A stretch of DNA of 64,000 bases from NCBI GenBank assembly GCA_964016885.1, contig CAXHJY010000422.1:25184-89183 (forward strand), given 5' to 3'. The stretch is from Eledone cirrhosa (taxonomy: Eukaryota). Under the pieces are notes generated by a model. The model had not been told where the DNA came from. It saw nothing but the letters and a program-made list of their open reading frames with translations, and ran no database searches. Numbering within the stretch: position 1 is the first letter of the stretch; each line of letters starts with the position of its first letter. Of the stretch, positions 51,182-64,000 are shown in pieces. Both the position numbers and the translations under genes were made by a program.

Positions 51182-51211
51182 ACAGACATATATATATATA
51201 TATAAACACAG

Positions 51212-51273
<62 letters not shown>

Positions 51274-51414
51274 CCACATAAATACATAACTTATGAGAGC
51301 TACTATATTTATGTAAATGTGTATATATATATATATATATAAATATATATATATATACATACATACAAATATATACATATTAATATATGTATATATACAT
51401 GCAAATATATCCAT

Positions 51415-51451
<37 letters not shown>

Positions 51452-52124
51452 TAATGATAACTATATTAATAGAGAGACTTAAGATATTTTAGTTTAAATC
51501 GTGATTTAAAATGTGTGTGTGTGTGTCTGTGGTTATGTGTGTTTGTGTGTGTGCGTGTCCGTCTGTGTCAGTGTGTGGTTGTATGTGTGTGTGTGGCTGT
51601 GTGTGGCTGTGTGTGTCAGTTTGTGGCTGTGTGTGTAAATAAAGAGGGAAACTGGAAATGCTAAATTGTATGTATATATATGAGTGTATGTGTGTATATG
51701 ATAGATTAATATAAGGGCATACATATATAAGGGTATACATATATTTGTGTATATAAATAGATATAAATATATCAATATATACATATACACACAATATACC
51801 AGAATTATATAATTTATGAACTTTATTTGAAATATAGGAGAGGTAAAGATAAACATATATACATACTGTATATATATAACTGTATATATATAACTGTATA
51901 TATATAATTGTATATATATAACTGTATATATATAACTGTATATATATAACTGTATATATATAACTGTATATATATAACTGTATATATATAACTGTATATA
52001 TATAACTGTATATATATAATTGTATATATATAATTGTATATATATAACTGTATATATATAACTGTATATATATATACAGTATATATATATACAGTATATA
52101 TTTATATATATATATATATATATA

Positions 52125-52192
<68 letters not shown>

Positions 52193-52225
52193 GTATATAT
52201 GTGTGTATATATACACAGTATATAT
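50837..52225. repeat. (TA)n-rich compound microsatellites
   Basis: Seen directly. Confidence 0.85.
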
Positions 52226-52301
52226 GATGAGGACTCCACTAAATGGCATCTCACAATTCTTGGTTGACAGGTCAGTTGTTCTTCGACTTCTCTTTGGTCA
52301 T

Positions 52302-53350
52302 TTTAACCCTTTCATTACCATATTTCTAATGTAAGACACTATCTATGTTGTTTAACCCTTTCATTACCATATTTCTAATGAAAGACACTGTCTATATCTT
52401 TAACCCTTTCACTACCATATTTCTAATGTAAGACACTGTCTATGTTGTTTAACCCTTTCATTACCATATTTCTAATGTAAGACACTGTCTATGTTGTTTA
52501 ACCCTTTCATTACCATATTTCTAATGAAAGACACTGTCTATGTTGTTTAACCCTTCCATTACCATATTTCTAATGAAAGACACTGTCTATGTTGTTTAAC
52601 CCTTTCATTACCATATTTCTAATGAAAGACACTGTCTATATCTTTAACCCTTTCACTACCATATTTCTAATGTAAGACACTGTCTATGTTGTTTAACCCT
52701 TTCATTACCATATTTCTAATGTAAGACACTGTCTATGTTGTTTAACCCTTTCATTACCATATTTCTAATGAAAGACACTGTCTATATCTTTAACCCTTTC
52801 ACTACCATATTTCTAATGTAAGACACTGTCTATGTTGTTTAACCCTTTCATTACCATATTTCTAATGTAAGACACTGTCTATGTTGTTTAACCCTTTCAT
52901 TACCATATTTCTAATGAAAGACACTGTCTATATCTTTAACCCTTTCACTACCATATTTCTAATGTAAGACTGTCTATGTTGTTTAACCCTTCCATTACCA
53001 TATTTCTAATGTAAGACACTGTCTATGTTGTTTTACCCTTTCATTACCATATTTCTAATGTAAGACACTGTCTATGTTGTTTTACCCTTTCATTACCATA
53101 TTTCTAATGTAAGACACTGTCTATGTTGTTTTACCCTTTCATTACCATATTTCTAATGTAAGACACTGACTATGTTGTTTTACCCTTTCATTACCATATT
53201 TCTAATGAAAGACACTGTCTATATCTTTAACCCTTTCACTACCATATTTCTAATGTAAGACACTGTCTCTGTCTTTAACCCTTTCACTACCACATTTCTA
53301 ATGAAAGACGCTGTCTATGTCTTTAACCCTTTCATTACCATATTTCTACT
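52302..53350 (+). repeat. 48/49-bp minisatellite (~21 copies), each unit starting TTAACCCTTT
   Basis: TTAACCCTTTCATTACCATATTTCTAATGTAAGACACTGTCTATGTTGT; TTAA at 52303, 52352, 52400. Confidence 0.92.
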
Positions 53351-53585
53351 GAAAATAATTCAAATAATTTTGAAAATAATCAAGAATTTGATAGTTTTAG
53401 TAAAATAGCTTTCTTATTAGGAAAATTTGAAATGTGTAGGTCCCAACATATAAGAATATACGGAAATATTTATTAACTTTATCCCTTCAGCACTTCGTAA
53501 AAGACCAAGAGGTCAGCTAAATATATACAATGTTTGTTGACATTTAAAAGCTGTGATTCAGCTGTCTAATATAACAAGATAAGAG

Positions 53586-53667
53586 CTGTCATAGTCCCTT
53601 GGTTTAATGGTTCAGAACACCTTGCTGGGATCTGGGAGATATGGGGTTTAATTCCTCATAGCAGCCA
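53586..53667 (+). pseudogene. Degraded tRNA-like sequence or SINE head
   Basis: A-box-like TGGTTTAATGG and B-box-like GGTTTAATTCC at tRNA spacing; cloverleaf not intact. Confidence 0.35.
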
Positions 53668-54004
53668 ATGGCAACTTACGGGTCTGTCTTTAATGGTCGT
53701 CACCCTATTTTATAAGATATTTTATAACATCTTAGTACATGAACAGACGTCTCATTATATTAACTTTATTCCCTCATAAATGTCTGAGATATCGGCTATG
53801 TATACACAATGTTTGTAGATGTATATATATATATATAGAGAGAGATTTAGAGTTTATGTTGGTTGTATACCAACACCTCAGTATGCAGTATGACTCCAGT
53901 TCCCCAGTGAATTAACAACCCAACAAGGAACTGGGCATATCAGAGTATTGACAATACCATACACCTAAACAACATATGTACTTGTCTATACCATACTAAT
54001 TCAA

Positions 54005-54059
54005 ACTGCCTGAAGAGGTCACAGCCAAAGATGGCTGTCACTGAAATATATATAGCAGT
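54005..54059 (+). ncRNA. Complete minimal type I hammerhead motif with palindromic stem III
   Basis: ACTGC/GCAGT stem I, CTGAAGA, stem II ACAGCCA/TGGCTGT, GAAA, ATATATAT palindrome, AUA triplet, followed by AATAAA. Confidence 0.75.
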
Positions 54060-54103
54060 AATAAACGAAGCTAAATTTTAATCATTTGACTTTTATTTAA
54101 CTT

Positions 54104-54154
<51 letters not shown>

Positions 54155-54157
<3 letters not shown>

Positions 54158-54547
54158 TCATCATCAACGTTTAACGTCCATCTTCCACGCTAGCATGGGT
54201 TTAGACGGGAATGAGAATTGTCCCACTTGAAGCAAGATTGGTTGTCTTGGTCGTATAGGACTGTCTGGCGGGTTTTCTACAGCTGGATGCCCTTCCTAAC
54301 ACCAACCACATTTACAGTGTGGGGCTGGGAGGTTTTTACCGTGTTGCCTACACGGCCACATTACAGCGTGAACTGTGTGTTTTTTTGTCGTGACACCTAC
54401 ATGACCTCATTTGTTTAGGACTGGATGTTGTGGCACCAACATAACTTCACATTGAAAGGGGTGGTGTGGATGGGGTGGGGGTAGTGGGACGAGGGTGTAT
54501 TTTTGTTAGAGGTGCCTACTGACTGTAGTAGGTTTCACTTTGTACTT
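54155..54547 (-). mobile_element. RTE LINE complete 3' UTR, 5'-truncated at the ORF stop
   Basis: Contains, colinearly, both UTR segments that lie on opposite strands at 21530-22524. Confidence 0.85.
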
Positions 54548-54980
54548 GTGTATATATATATATATATTGTGTATATATATATATTGTGTATATATATTGT
54601 GTATATATATATTGTGTATATATATATAAATATTGTGTATATATATATAAATATTGTGTATATATATATAAATATTGTGTATATATATATATATATATAT
54701 GTATATATGTAGCAGGTGAGTTTTATTGTAGAACAATAAACCAATGCAAGTTTTAAACATACTACGACGTTTTTCGTCCTCTAATTTTAAATCACTCTAC
54801 CAAACTCCTTTATCTACCTTTATATATATATATATACATATATCTATCAATCTATATACATGTTTACAGTAATACAGAGGTATAAGACAGCTATAGTTAT
54901 GTACAATCAGATGAAAGAATGGTATTTAACTAATGTATTGATGGTGATACAAAATATTATTTAAATAGCTAGTGCCATGT

Positions 54981-55666
54981 TGACACTACCATGCTATTAG
55001 CTGTCAGAAGTGAAAGTATTCTCAATCGTAAACATCGTTTATTTCCGTATTACCACGCGTTATTTTAATAAAGCATATCGATGTAAGTGGAGTTACTTAA
55101 ATGAAAATATAGGTGGCCCTTAAAAGGGCCAAATTAGAAAGCAAATTTAAGTTATTTAGAAAACAAGTCATGGTTATCAAATAAATTGGATTTAATCATT
55201 TATTTAACCATATATTTGTTTGTTAATTTGGCCCTTTTAAGAACCACCTATATTTTCATTTAAGTAACTCCACTTACATCGATATGCTTTATTAAAATAA
55301 CTGTTCCTACTTTTGGCACAAAGCCAGCAATAACCCAGTACATTACTAGTACTTTATTTTATCGACCCCGTAAGGATGAAAGGCAAAGTGAACCTCGGTG
55401 GGATTTGAACTCAGATTGTAAAGGGACGTAACTATGTTGCAAAGTATGGCGTCCGACCCTCTACCGATACTGCCAATCCACTGCCCTAAAATGAGATTTT
55501 ACATAATTGTTTCTACTTTAGGCACAAGGCCAGCATATCACTCAGTACATTACTGGTACTTTATTTTATTAAAATAACGCGTAGTAATACGGCAATAAAG
55601 GATGTTTACAATTATGAAGGTTGACGAAACTTTCACTTGTGACAGCTAATAGCGTGGTAATGCCAC
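54981..55666. mobile_element. Fold-back (MITE-like) element with ~170-bp imperfect arms; right arm interrupted by SINE DNA
   Basis: About 54981-55150 is inverted in 55205-55301 plus 55565-55666. Confidence 0.7.
55302..55564 (-). mobile_element. Full-length second-family SINE (55302-55487) plus upstream 3' fragment, flanked by a 14-bp duplication
   Basis: Head GGCAGTGGATTGGCAGTATCGGTAGAGGGTCGG; TTTATTAAAATAAC at 55288-55301 and 55565-55578. Confidence 0.8.
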
Positions 55667-55695
55667 TCTACAGCCGTTCTCTCTCCCATCACATC

Positions 55696-57264
55696 ATTAA
55701 CATCAGTATTAACGTCATATTAACATCAGTATTAACGTCACATTAACATCAGTATTAACGTCAGTATTAACATCAGTATTAACGTCATATTAACGTCAGT
55801 ATTAACATCAGTATTAACGTCAGTATTAACGTCAGTATTAACATCAGTATTAACGTCATATTAACATCAGTATTAACATCAGTATTAACGTCAGTATTAA
55901 CATCAGTATTAACGTCATATTAACATCAGTATTAACGTCATATTAACATCAGCATTAACGTCATATTAACATCAGTATTAACGTCAGTATTAACATCAGT
56001 ATTAACGTCAGTATTAACATCAGTATTAACGTCAGTATTAACGTCAGTATTAACGTCAGTATTAACGTCATATTAACATCAGTATCAACGTCAGTATTAA
56101 CGTCAGTATTAACATCAGTATTAACGTCAGTATTAACGTCAGTATTAACGCCAGTATTAACGTCAGTATTAACGTCAGTATTAACATCAGTATTAACGTC
56201 ATATTAACATCAGTATAAACGTCAGTATTAACGTCAGTATTAACGTCAGTATTAACGTCAGTATTAACGTCAGTATTAACATCAGTATTAACGTCAGTAT
56301 TAACGTCATATTAACGTCAGATTTACATCAGTATTAACGTCAGTATTAACGTCAGAATTAACGTCAGATTTACATCAGTATTAACGTCAGTATTAACATC
56401 AGTATTAACGTCATATTAACATCAGTATCAACGTCAGTATTAACGTCAGTATTAACGTCAGTATTAACGTCAGTATTAACGTCAGTATTAACATCAGTAT
56501 TAACGTCATATTAACATCAGTATCAACGTCAGTATTAACGTCAGTATTAACATCAGTATTAACATCAGTATTAACGTCAGTATTAACGTCATTATTAACG
56601 TCATTATTAACGTCAGTATTAACGTCAGTATTAACGTCAGTATTAACATCAGTATTAACGTCATATTAACATCAGTATCAACGTCAGTATTAACGTCAGT
56701 ATTAACGTCAGTATTAACGTCAGTATTAACGTCAGTATTAACATCAGTATTAACGTCAGTATTAACGTCAGTATTAACATCAGTATTAACGTCATATTAA
56801 CATCAGTATCAACGTCAGTATTAACGTCAGTATTAACGTCAGTATTAACGTTAGTATTAACGTCAGTATTAACGTCAGTATTAACGTCATATTAACGTCA
56901 GATTTACATCAGTATTAACGTCAGAATTAACGTCAGATTTACATCAGTATTAACGTCAGTATTAACGTCAGTGTTAACATCAGTATTATGTCATATTAAC
57001 ATCAGATTTACATCAGTATTTACATCAGTATTAACGTCATTATTAACGTCAGTATTAACGTCAGTATTAACATCAGTATTAACGTCAGTATTAACGTCAG
57101 TATTAACGTCAGTATTAACATCAGTATTAACATCAGCATTAACGTCAGTATTAACGTCAGTATTAACATCAGTATTAACATCAGTATTAACGTCAGTATT
57201 AACGTCAGTATTAACGTCAGTATTAACGTCAGTATTAACGTCAGTATTAACGTCAGTATTAACA
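55696..57264. repeat. 12-bp (and 11-bp) minisatellite ATTAAC(G/A)TCAGT
   Basis: Seen directly. Confidence 0.95.
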
Positions 57265-57597
57265 TTCGTTGAAATTTGTAAACAAATTATGACGTCATTT
57301 GTTTCTCTTCCCCGTTTTTTTTCTCTCTTTCCGTGCTTTTCTTTGCTTAAATATTTACTTTTTCACAGAAATACTTTTCAACTACTCTCTATTTAAACAA
57401 ACTACGACCCTATATGTCTTCTACGCTTATAAAGCATTTAATTTTATTTTAACTTATCTTATCATATTTTACTTTAATAATTCATTTTCGCACCTCTTAA
57501 TAAATACTTCAGTATATAAACCCTAAATAAATAGTATAATTTCTATATCATCAATATTTTATTTTTTATAAAGTTATTATTTTTCAGTTTAAATCTC

Positions 57598-57677
<80 letters not shown>

Positions 57678-57846
57678 TTCTTCCTCCGTTATCCTCTTCT
57701 TCTTTTTCTTTTTTTCCTCTTCCTTCCTTTTCCCCTTCCTTCTTTTTTTCCAATCTTCTATATCCTTTTAAATTTATTTATCATATGTTCAGTGCACACT
57801 TCCTTGTTCACAAGTGTTTTTTAAGCATCATATCATGCCTACATAT

Positions 57847-57905
57847 TTTATCTGATGAGAACGCAAATATCGTCCCAGGATATTTGTTTTTGAAATGCGT
57901 ATAAT
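57847..57905 (+). ncRNA. Degenerate hammerhead-like motif
   Basis: CTGATGA, stem II CAAATATC/GATATTTG, GAAA TGCG TA, then AATAAA; stem I pairs poorly. Confidence 0.4.
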
Positions 57906-58068
57906 AAAATACATGGAACTTTTTTAACTATCTTTTAATTTCTTCTTATTGTGTGTATATATATATATATATATTGTGTATATATATATTGTGTATATAT
58001 ATATATTGTGTATATTGTATATATATATATTGTGTGTATATATATATATATTGTGTATATATATATAT

Positions 58069-58110
<42 letters not shown>

Positions 58111-58128
58111 GTGTGTATATATATATAT

Positions 58129-58176
<48 letters not shown>

Positions 58177-58194
58177 GTGTGTATATATATATAT

Positions 58195-58242
<48 letters not shown>

Positions 58243-58244
58243 GT

Positions 58245-58390
58245 GGAGGCACATGGCTTAGTGGTTAGAGCATTGGCCTTGCAATCGAAAGGTTGTGAGT
58301 TCAATTCTCAGACCGGGTGATGTGTTGTTTCCTTGAGCAAGACACTTTATTTCACATTGCGTGGAAGATAGACGTTAAACGATGATGATG
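58245..58390 (+). mobile_element. Chimeric short SINE: CORE-SINE head fused to an RTE LINE tail
   Basis: Matches 7981-8096, then switches to GTGGAAGATAGACGTTAAACGATGATGATG. Confidence 0.8.
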
Positions 58391-59092
58391 ACACAAACAC
58401 ATATATATATACAAACACACACATATATATACATACACACACACACATATATATACACACATATACACACCCACACATATATATATATTAAGAAATCCAT
58501 ACAATTGTGTGTGTCTGCATTATACTTTCACTATTGAGACCTGTTGTAAAAAAACAAACAAATTCAGAATCGTAAATGTCAAAAATTAGTTTCACTTTTG
58601 AGACCGCTCATCTTGACGTATGCCAATATAAATAACGGGAACCGTATAGATTGACGAAAGTTATTGTAATATCAACATATCAAACAACAAACAACAAACA
58701 AACATGCTCACCGATTCAAAAACAAATAAAATTATATTAAATTAAATTATGTTACTCAGAAAAATAAAAATAATACAAGATCTATTTAAGTTAAATTAGA
58801 TTAGATTACGTATGCTCTGTATGGTAGTAAAGAAAAATAAAAAGCACGTGTGTGTGTTGTTTCCTATGAGGGTATCACATGGTGAAAATAAACATGTTTA
58901 AAACGCTAATATATGTAAAATATACTTCAAAATAATTGCGTCAAAGCACAAAAACTTATCATTTTTTGTATGTTTTCCTTGTCCTCTGAAAAATTAAAGC
59001 CATACATAAATCCGATTACTGTCGATTAAAAATATTAAAATTTCAAATCTGGACATACAACAATTCACGTCTTATACCAACAAGTTGCCAAG

Positions 59093-60744
<1,652 letters not shown>

Positions 60745-60900
60745 TGGTGGCTGCCAACTCGTTTTCGAGTACGGCCACTACTTTATATCCATGTAGGAGA
60801 ACCCCTACCGGTGCCCTGAACAAGTGTGACTTTTTAGTTCAGCCAGCAACTTAAAAACTCTGGTACAAACACTACACCTGTGACAATTACTGACACATGG
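60745..60900 (-). mobile_element. 3' end of a probable RTE-group LINE with C-terminal C2H2-like motif
   Basis: [19 protein letters not shown]...H, stop, then a short UTR with terminal hairpin ACTCG-AAAA-CGAGT. Confidence 0.5.
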
Positions 60901-60946
60901 TGCTGGGCCCATGGTACCATGTGACGACAAGTGCAGAGAGATCAGA

Positions 60947-63900
60947 GGGAGCAGCATGAGGAGTGTGACAGGATAGCTATAGGGAGGGGTCATTGTATGA
61001 GGGGAGGGGGTACAGCATGAGGTGTGTGACAGGATAGCTATAGGGAGGTGTCATTGTATGAGGGGAGGGGGTACAGCATGAGGAGTGTGACAGGATAGCT
61101 ATAGGGAGGGGTCATTGTATGAGGGGAGGGGGTACAGCATGAGGTGTGTGACAGGATAGCTATAGGGAGGTGTCATTGTATGAGGGGAGGGGGTACAGCA
61201 TGAGGAGTGTGACAGGATAGCTATAGGGAGGGGTCATAGGGAGGGGTCATTGTATGAGGGGAGGGGGTACAGCATGAGGTGTGTGACAGGATAGCTATAG
61301 GGAGGTGTCCATTGTATGAGGGGAGGGGGTGCAGCATGAGAAGTGTGACAGGATAGCTATAGGGAGGTGTCATTGTATGAGGGGAGGGGGTGCAGCATGA
61401 CGAGTGTGACAGGATAGCTATAGGGAGGGGTCATTGTATGAGGGGAGGGGAGCAGCATGAGGAGTGTGACAGGATAGCTATAGGGAGGTGTCATTGTATG
61501 AGGGGAGGGGAGCAGCATGAGGAGTGTGACAGGATAGCTATAGGGAGGTGTCATTGTATGAGGGGAGGGGAGCAGCATGAGGAGTGTGACAGGATAGCTA
61601 TAGGGAGGGGTCATTGTATGAGGGAGGGGAGCAGCATGAGGAGTGTGACAGGATAGCTATAGGGAGGTGTCTTTGTATGAGGGGAGGGGAGCAGCATGAG
61701 GAGTGTGACAGGATAGCTATAGGGAGGGGTCATTGTATGAGGGGAGGGGAGCAGCATGAGGAGTGTGACAGGATAGCTATAGGGAGGGGTCATTGTATGA
61801 GGGGAGGGGAGCAGCATGAGGAGTGTGACAGGATAGCTATAGGGAGGTGTCTTGTATGAGGGGAGGGGAGCAGCATGAGGAGTGTGACAGGATAGCTATA
61901 GGAGGTGTCTTTGTATGAGGGGAGGGGAGCAGCATGAGGAGTGTGACAGGATAGCTATAGGGAGGTGTCATTGTATGAGGGGAGGGGAGCAGCATGAGGA
62001 GTGTGACAGGATAGCTATAGGGAGGGGTCATTGTATGAGGGGAGGGGGAGCAGCATGAGGAGTGTGACAGGATAGCTATAGGGAGGTGTCATTGTATGAG
62101 GGGAGGGGAGCAGCCATGAGGAGTGTGACAGGATAGCTATAGGGAGGTGTCATTGTATGAGGGGAGGGGAGCAGCATGAGGAGTGTGGACAGGATAGCTA
62201 GAGGGAGGTGTCTTTGTATGAGGGGAGGGGAGCAGCATGAGGAGTGTGACAGGATAGCTATAGGGAGGTGTCATTGTATGAGGGGAGGGGAGCAGCATGA
62301 GGAGTGTGACAGGATAGCTATAGGGAGGTGTCTTTGTATGAGGGGAGGGGAGCAGCATGAGGAGTGTGACAGGATAGCTAGAGGAGGTGTCATTGTATGA
62401 GGGGAGGGGTGCAGCATGAGGAGTGTGACAGGATAGCTATAGGGAGGTGTCTTTGTATGAGGGGAGGGGAGCAGCATGAGGAGTTGTGACAGGATAGCTA
62501 TAGGGAGGTGTCATTGTATGAGGGGAGGGGGAGCAGCATGAGGAGTGTGACAGGATAGCTATAGGGAGGTGTCATTGTATGAGGGGGAGGGGAGCAGCAT
62601 GAGGAGTGTGACAGGATAGCTAGAGGGAGGTGTCATTGTATGAGGGGAGGGGGTGCAGCATGAGGAGTGTGACAGGATAGCTATAGGGAGGTGTCTTTGT
62701 ATGAGGGGAGGGGAGCAGCATGAGGAGTGTGACAGGATAGCTATAGGGGAGGTGTCATTGTATGAGGGGAGGGGAGCAGCATGAGGAGTGTGACAGGATA
62801 GCTATAGGGAGGTGTCATTGTATGAGGGGAGGGGGAGCAGCATGAGGAGTGTGACAGGATAGCTAGAGGGAGGTGTCATTGTATGAGGGGAGGGGGGTGC
62901 AGCATGAGGAGTGTGACAGGATAGCTATAGGGAGGTGTCTTTGTATGAGGGGAGGGGAGCAGCATGAGGAGTGTGACAGGATAGCTATAGGGAGGTGTCA
63001 TTGTATGAGGGGAGGGGAGCAGCATGAGGAGTGTGACAGGATAGCTATAGGGAGGTGTCATTGTATGAGGGGAGGGGAGCAGCATGAGGAGTGTGACAGG
63101 ATAGCTAGAGGGAGGTTGTCATTGTATGAGGGGAGGGGGTGCAGCATGAGGAGTGTGACAGGATAGCTATAGGGAGGTGTCATTGTATGAGGGGGAGGGG
63201 AGCAGCATGAGGAGTGTGACAGGATAGCTATAGGGAGGTGTCTTTGTATGAGGGGGAGGGGGTGCAGCATGAGGAGTGTGACAGGATAGCTAGAGGGAGG
63301 TGTCAGTGTATGAGGGGAGGGGAGCAGCATGAGGAGTGTGACAGGATAGCTATAGGAGGGGTCATTGTATTGAGGGGAGGGGTAGCAGCATGAGGAGTGT
63401 GACAGGATAGCTATAGGGAGGGGTCATTGTATGAGGGGAGGGGAGCAGCATGAGGTGTGTGACAGGATAGCATATAGGGAAGGTGTCAGTGTATGAGGGG
63501 AGTGGGAGCAGCATGAGGAGTGCTATAGGGAGGTGTCATTGTATGAGGGGAGGGGAGCAGCATGAGGAGTGTGACAGGATAGCTATAGGGAGGGGTCATT
63601 GTATGAGGGGAGGGGAACAGCATGAGGAGTGTGACAGGATAGCTATAGGGAGGTGTCAGTGTATGAGGGGAGGGGAGCAGCATGAGGTGTGTGACAGGAT
63701 AGCTAGAGGGAGGGGTCATTGTATGAGGGGAGGGGAACAGCATGAGGAGTGTGACAGGATAGCTATAGGGAGGTGTCATTGTATGAGGGGAGGGGAGCAG
63801 CATGAGGAGTGTGACAGGATAGCTATAGGGAGGGGTCATTGTATGAGGGGAGGGGAGCAGCATGAGGTGTGTGACAGGATAGCTATAGGGAGGGGTCATT

Positions 63901-64000
63901 GTATGAGGGGAGGGGAGCAGCATCAGGAGTGTGACAGGATAGCTATAGGGAGGTGTCATTGTATGAGGGGAGGGGAGCAGCATGAGGAATGTGACAGGAT
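60947..64000. repeat. 60/61-bp G-rich satellite (~50 copies, runs off the right edge)
   Basis: GAGCAGCATGAGGAGTGTGACAGGATAGCTATAGGGAGGTGTCATTGTATGAGGGGAGGG. Confidence 0.95.

Noticed and set aside
53680-53704. Possible 25-nt minus-strand exon (TAG|...|GTAAGT)
   Set aside because: Good splice dinucleotides but no coding or linkage evidence; could be chance.
55696-57264. Array of CRE half-sites (CGTCA)
   Set aside because: A short motif inside a 12-mer repeat; nothing supports regulatory function.
60947-64000. Coding origin or telomeric role of the 60-bp array
   Set aside because: No convincing motif in any frame and no TTAGGG; G-quadruplex potential alone is generic.

Overview
Eukaryotic, repeat-saturated genomic DNA with no prokaryotic features. 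The SINE/LINE content resembles a cephalopod (octopus-like) genome; this is inferred from recalled families and was not checked by a search. Most of the window is tandem repeats (45, 40/44, 65, 39/42/43, 48/49, 12 and 60-bp units plus large microsatellites), and nearly all long ORFs in the track are repeat artefacts. Recognisable content: tRNA-derived SINEs of several families, RTE-clade LINE remnants, a CR1-type LINE split into divergent halves, a Rep-deleted Helitron, and many short fold-back elements carrying minimal hammerhead-ribozyme motifs of the Penelope type. Main observations: (1) four small minus-strand exons with canonical splice sites (20532-8493) join into a Cys/Trp-rich, unidentified coding sequence; (2) satellites appear to have arisen in place from transposon pieces: the >=7.5 kb 45-mer is a SINE CORE segment still attached to its Pol III head, and the 65-mer is a conserved RTE ORF motif; (3) hammerheads are repeatedly embedded in palindromes; (4) an RTE copy has the geometry of a twin-priming 5' inversion.
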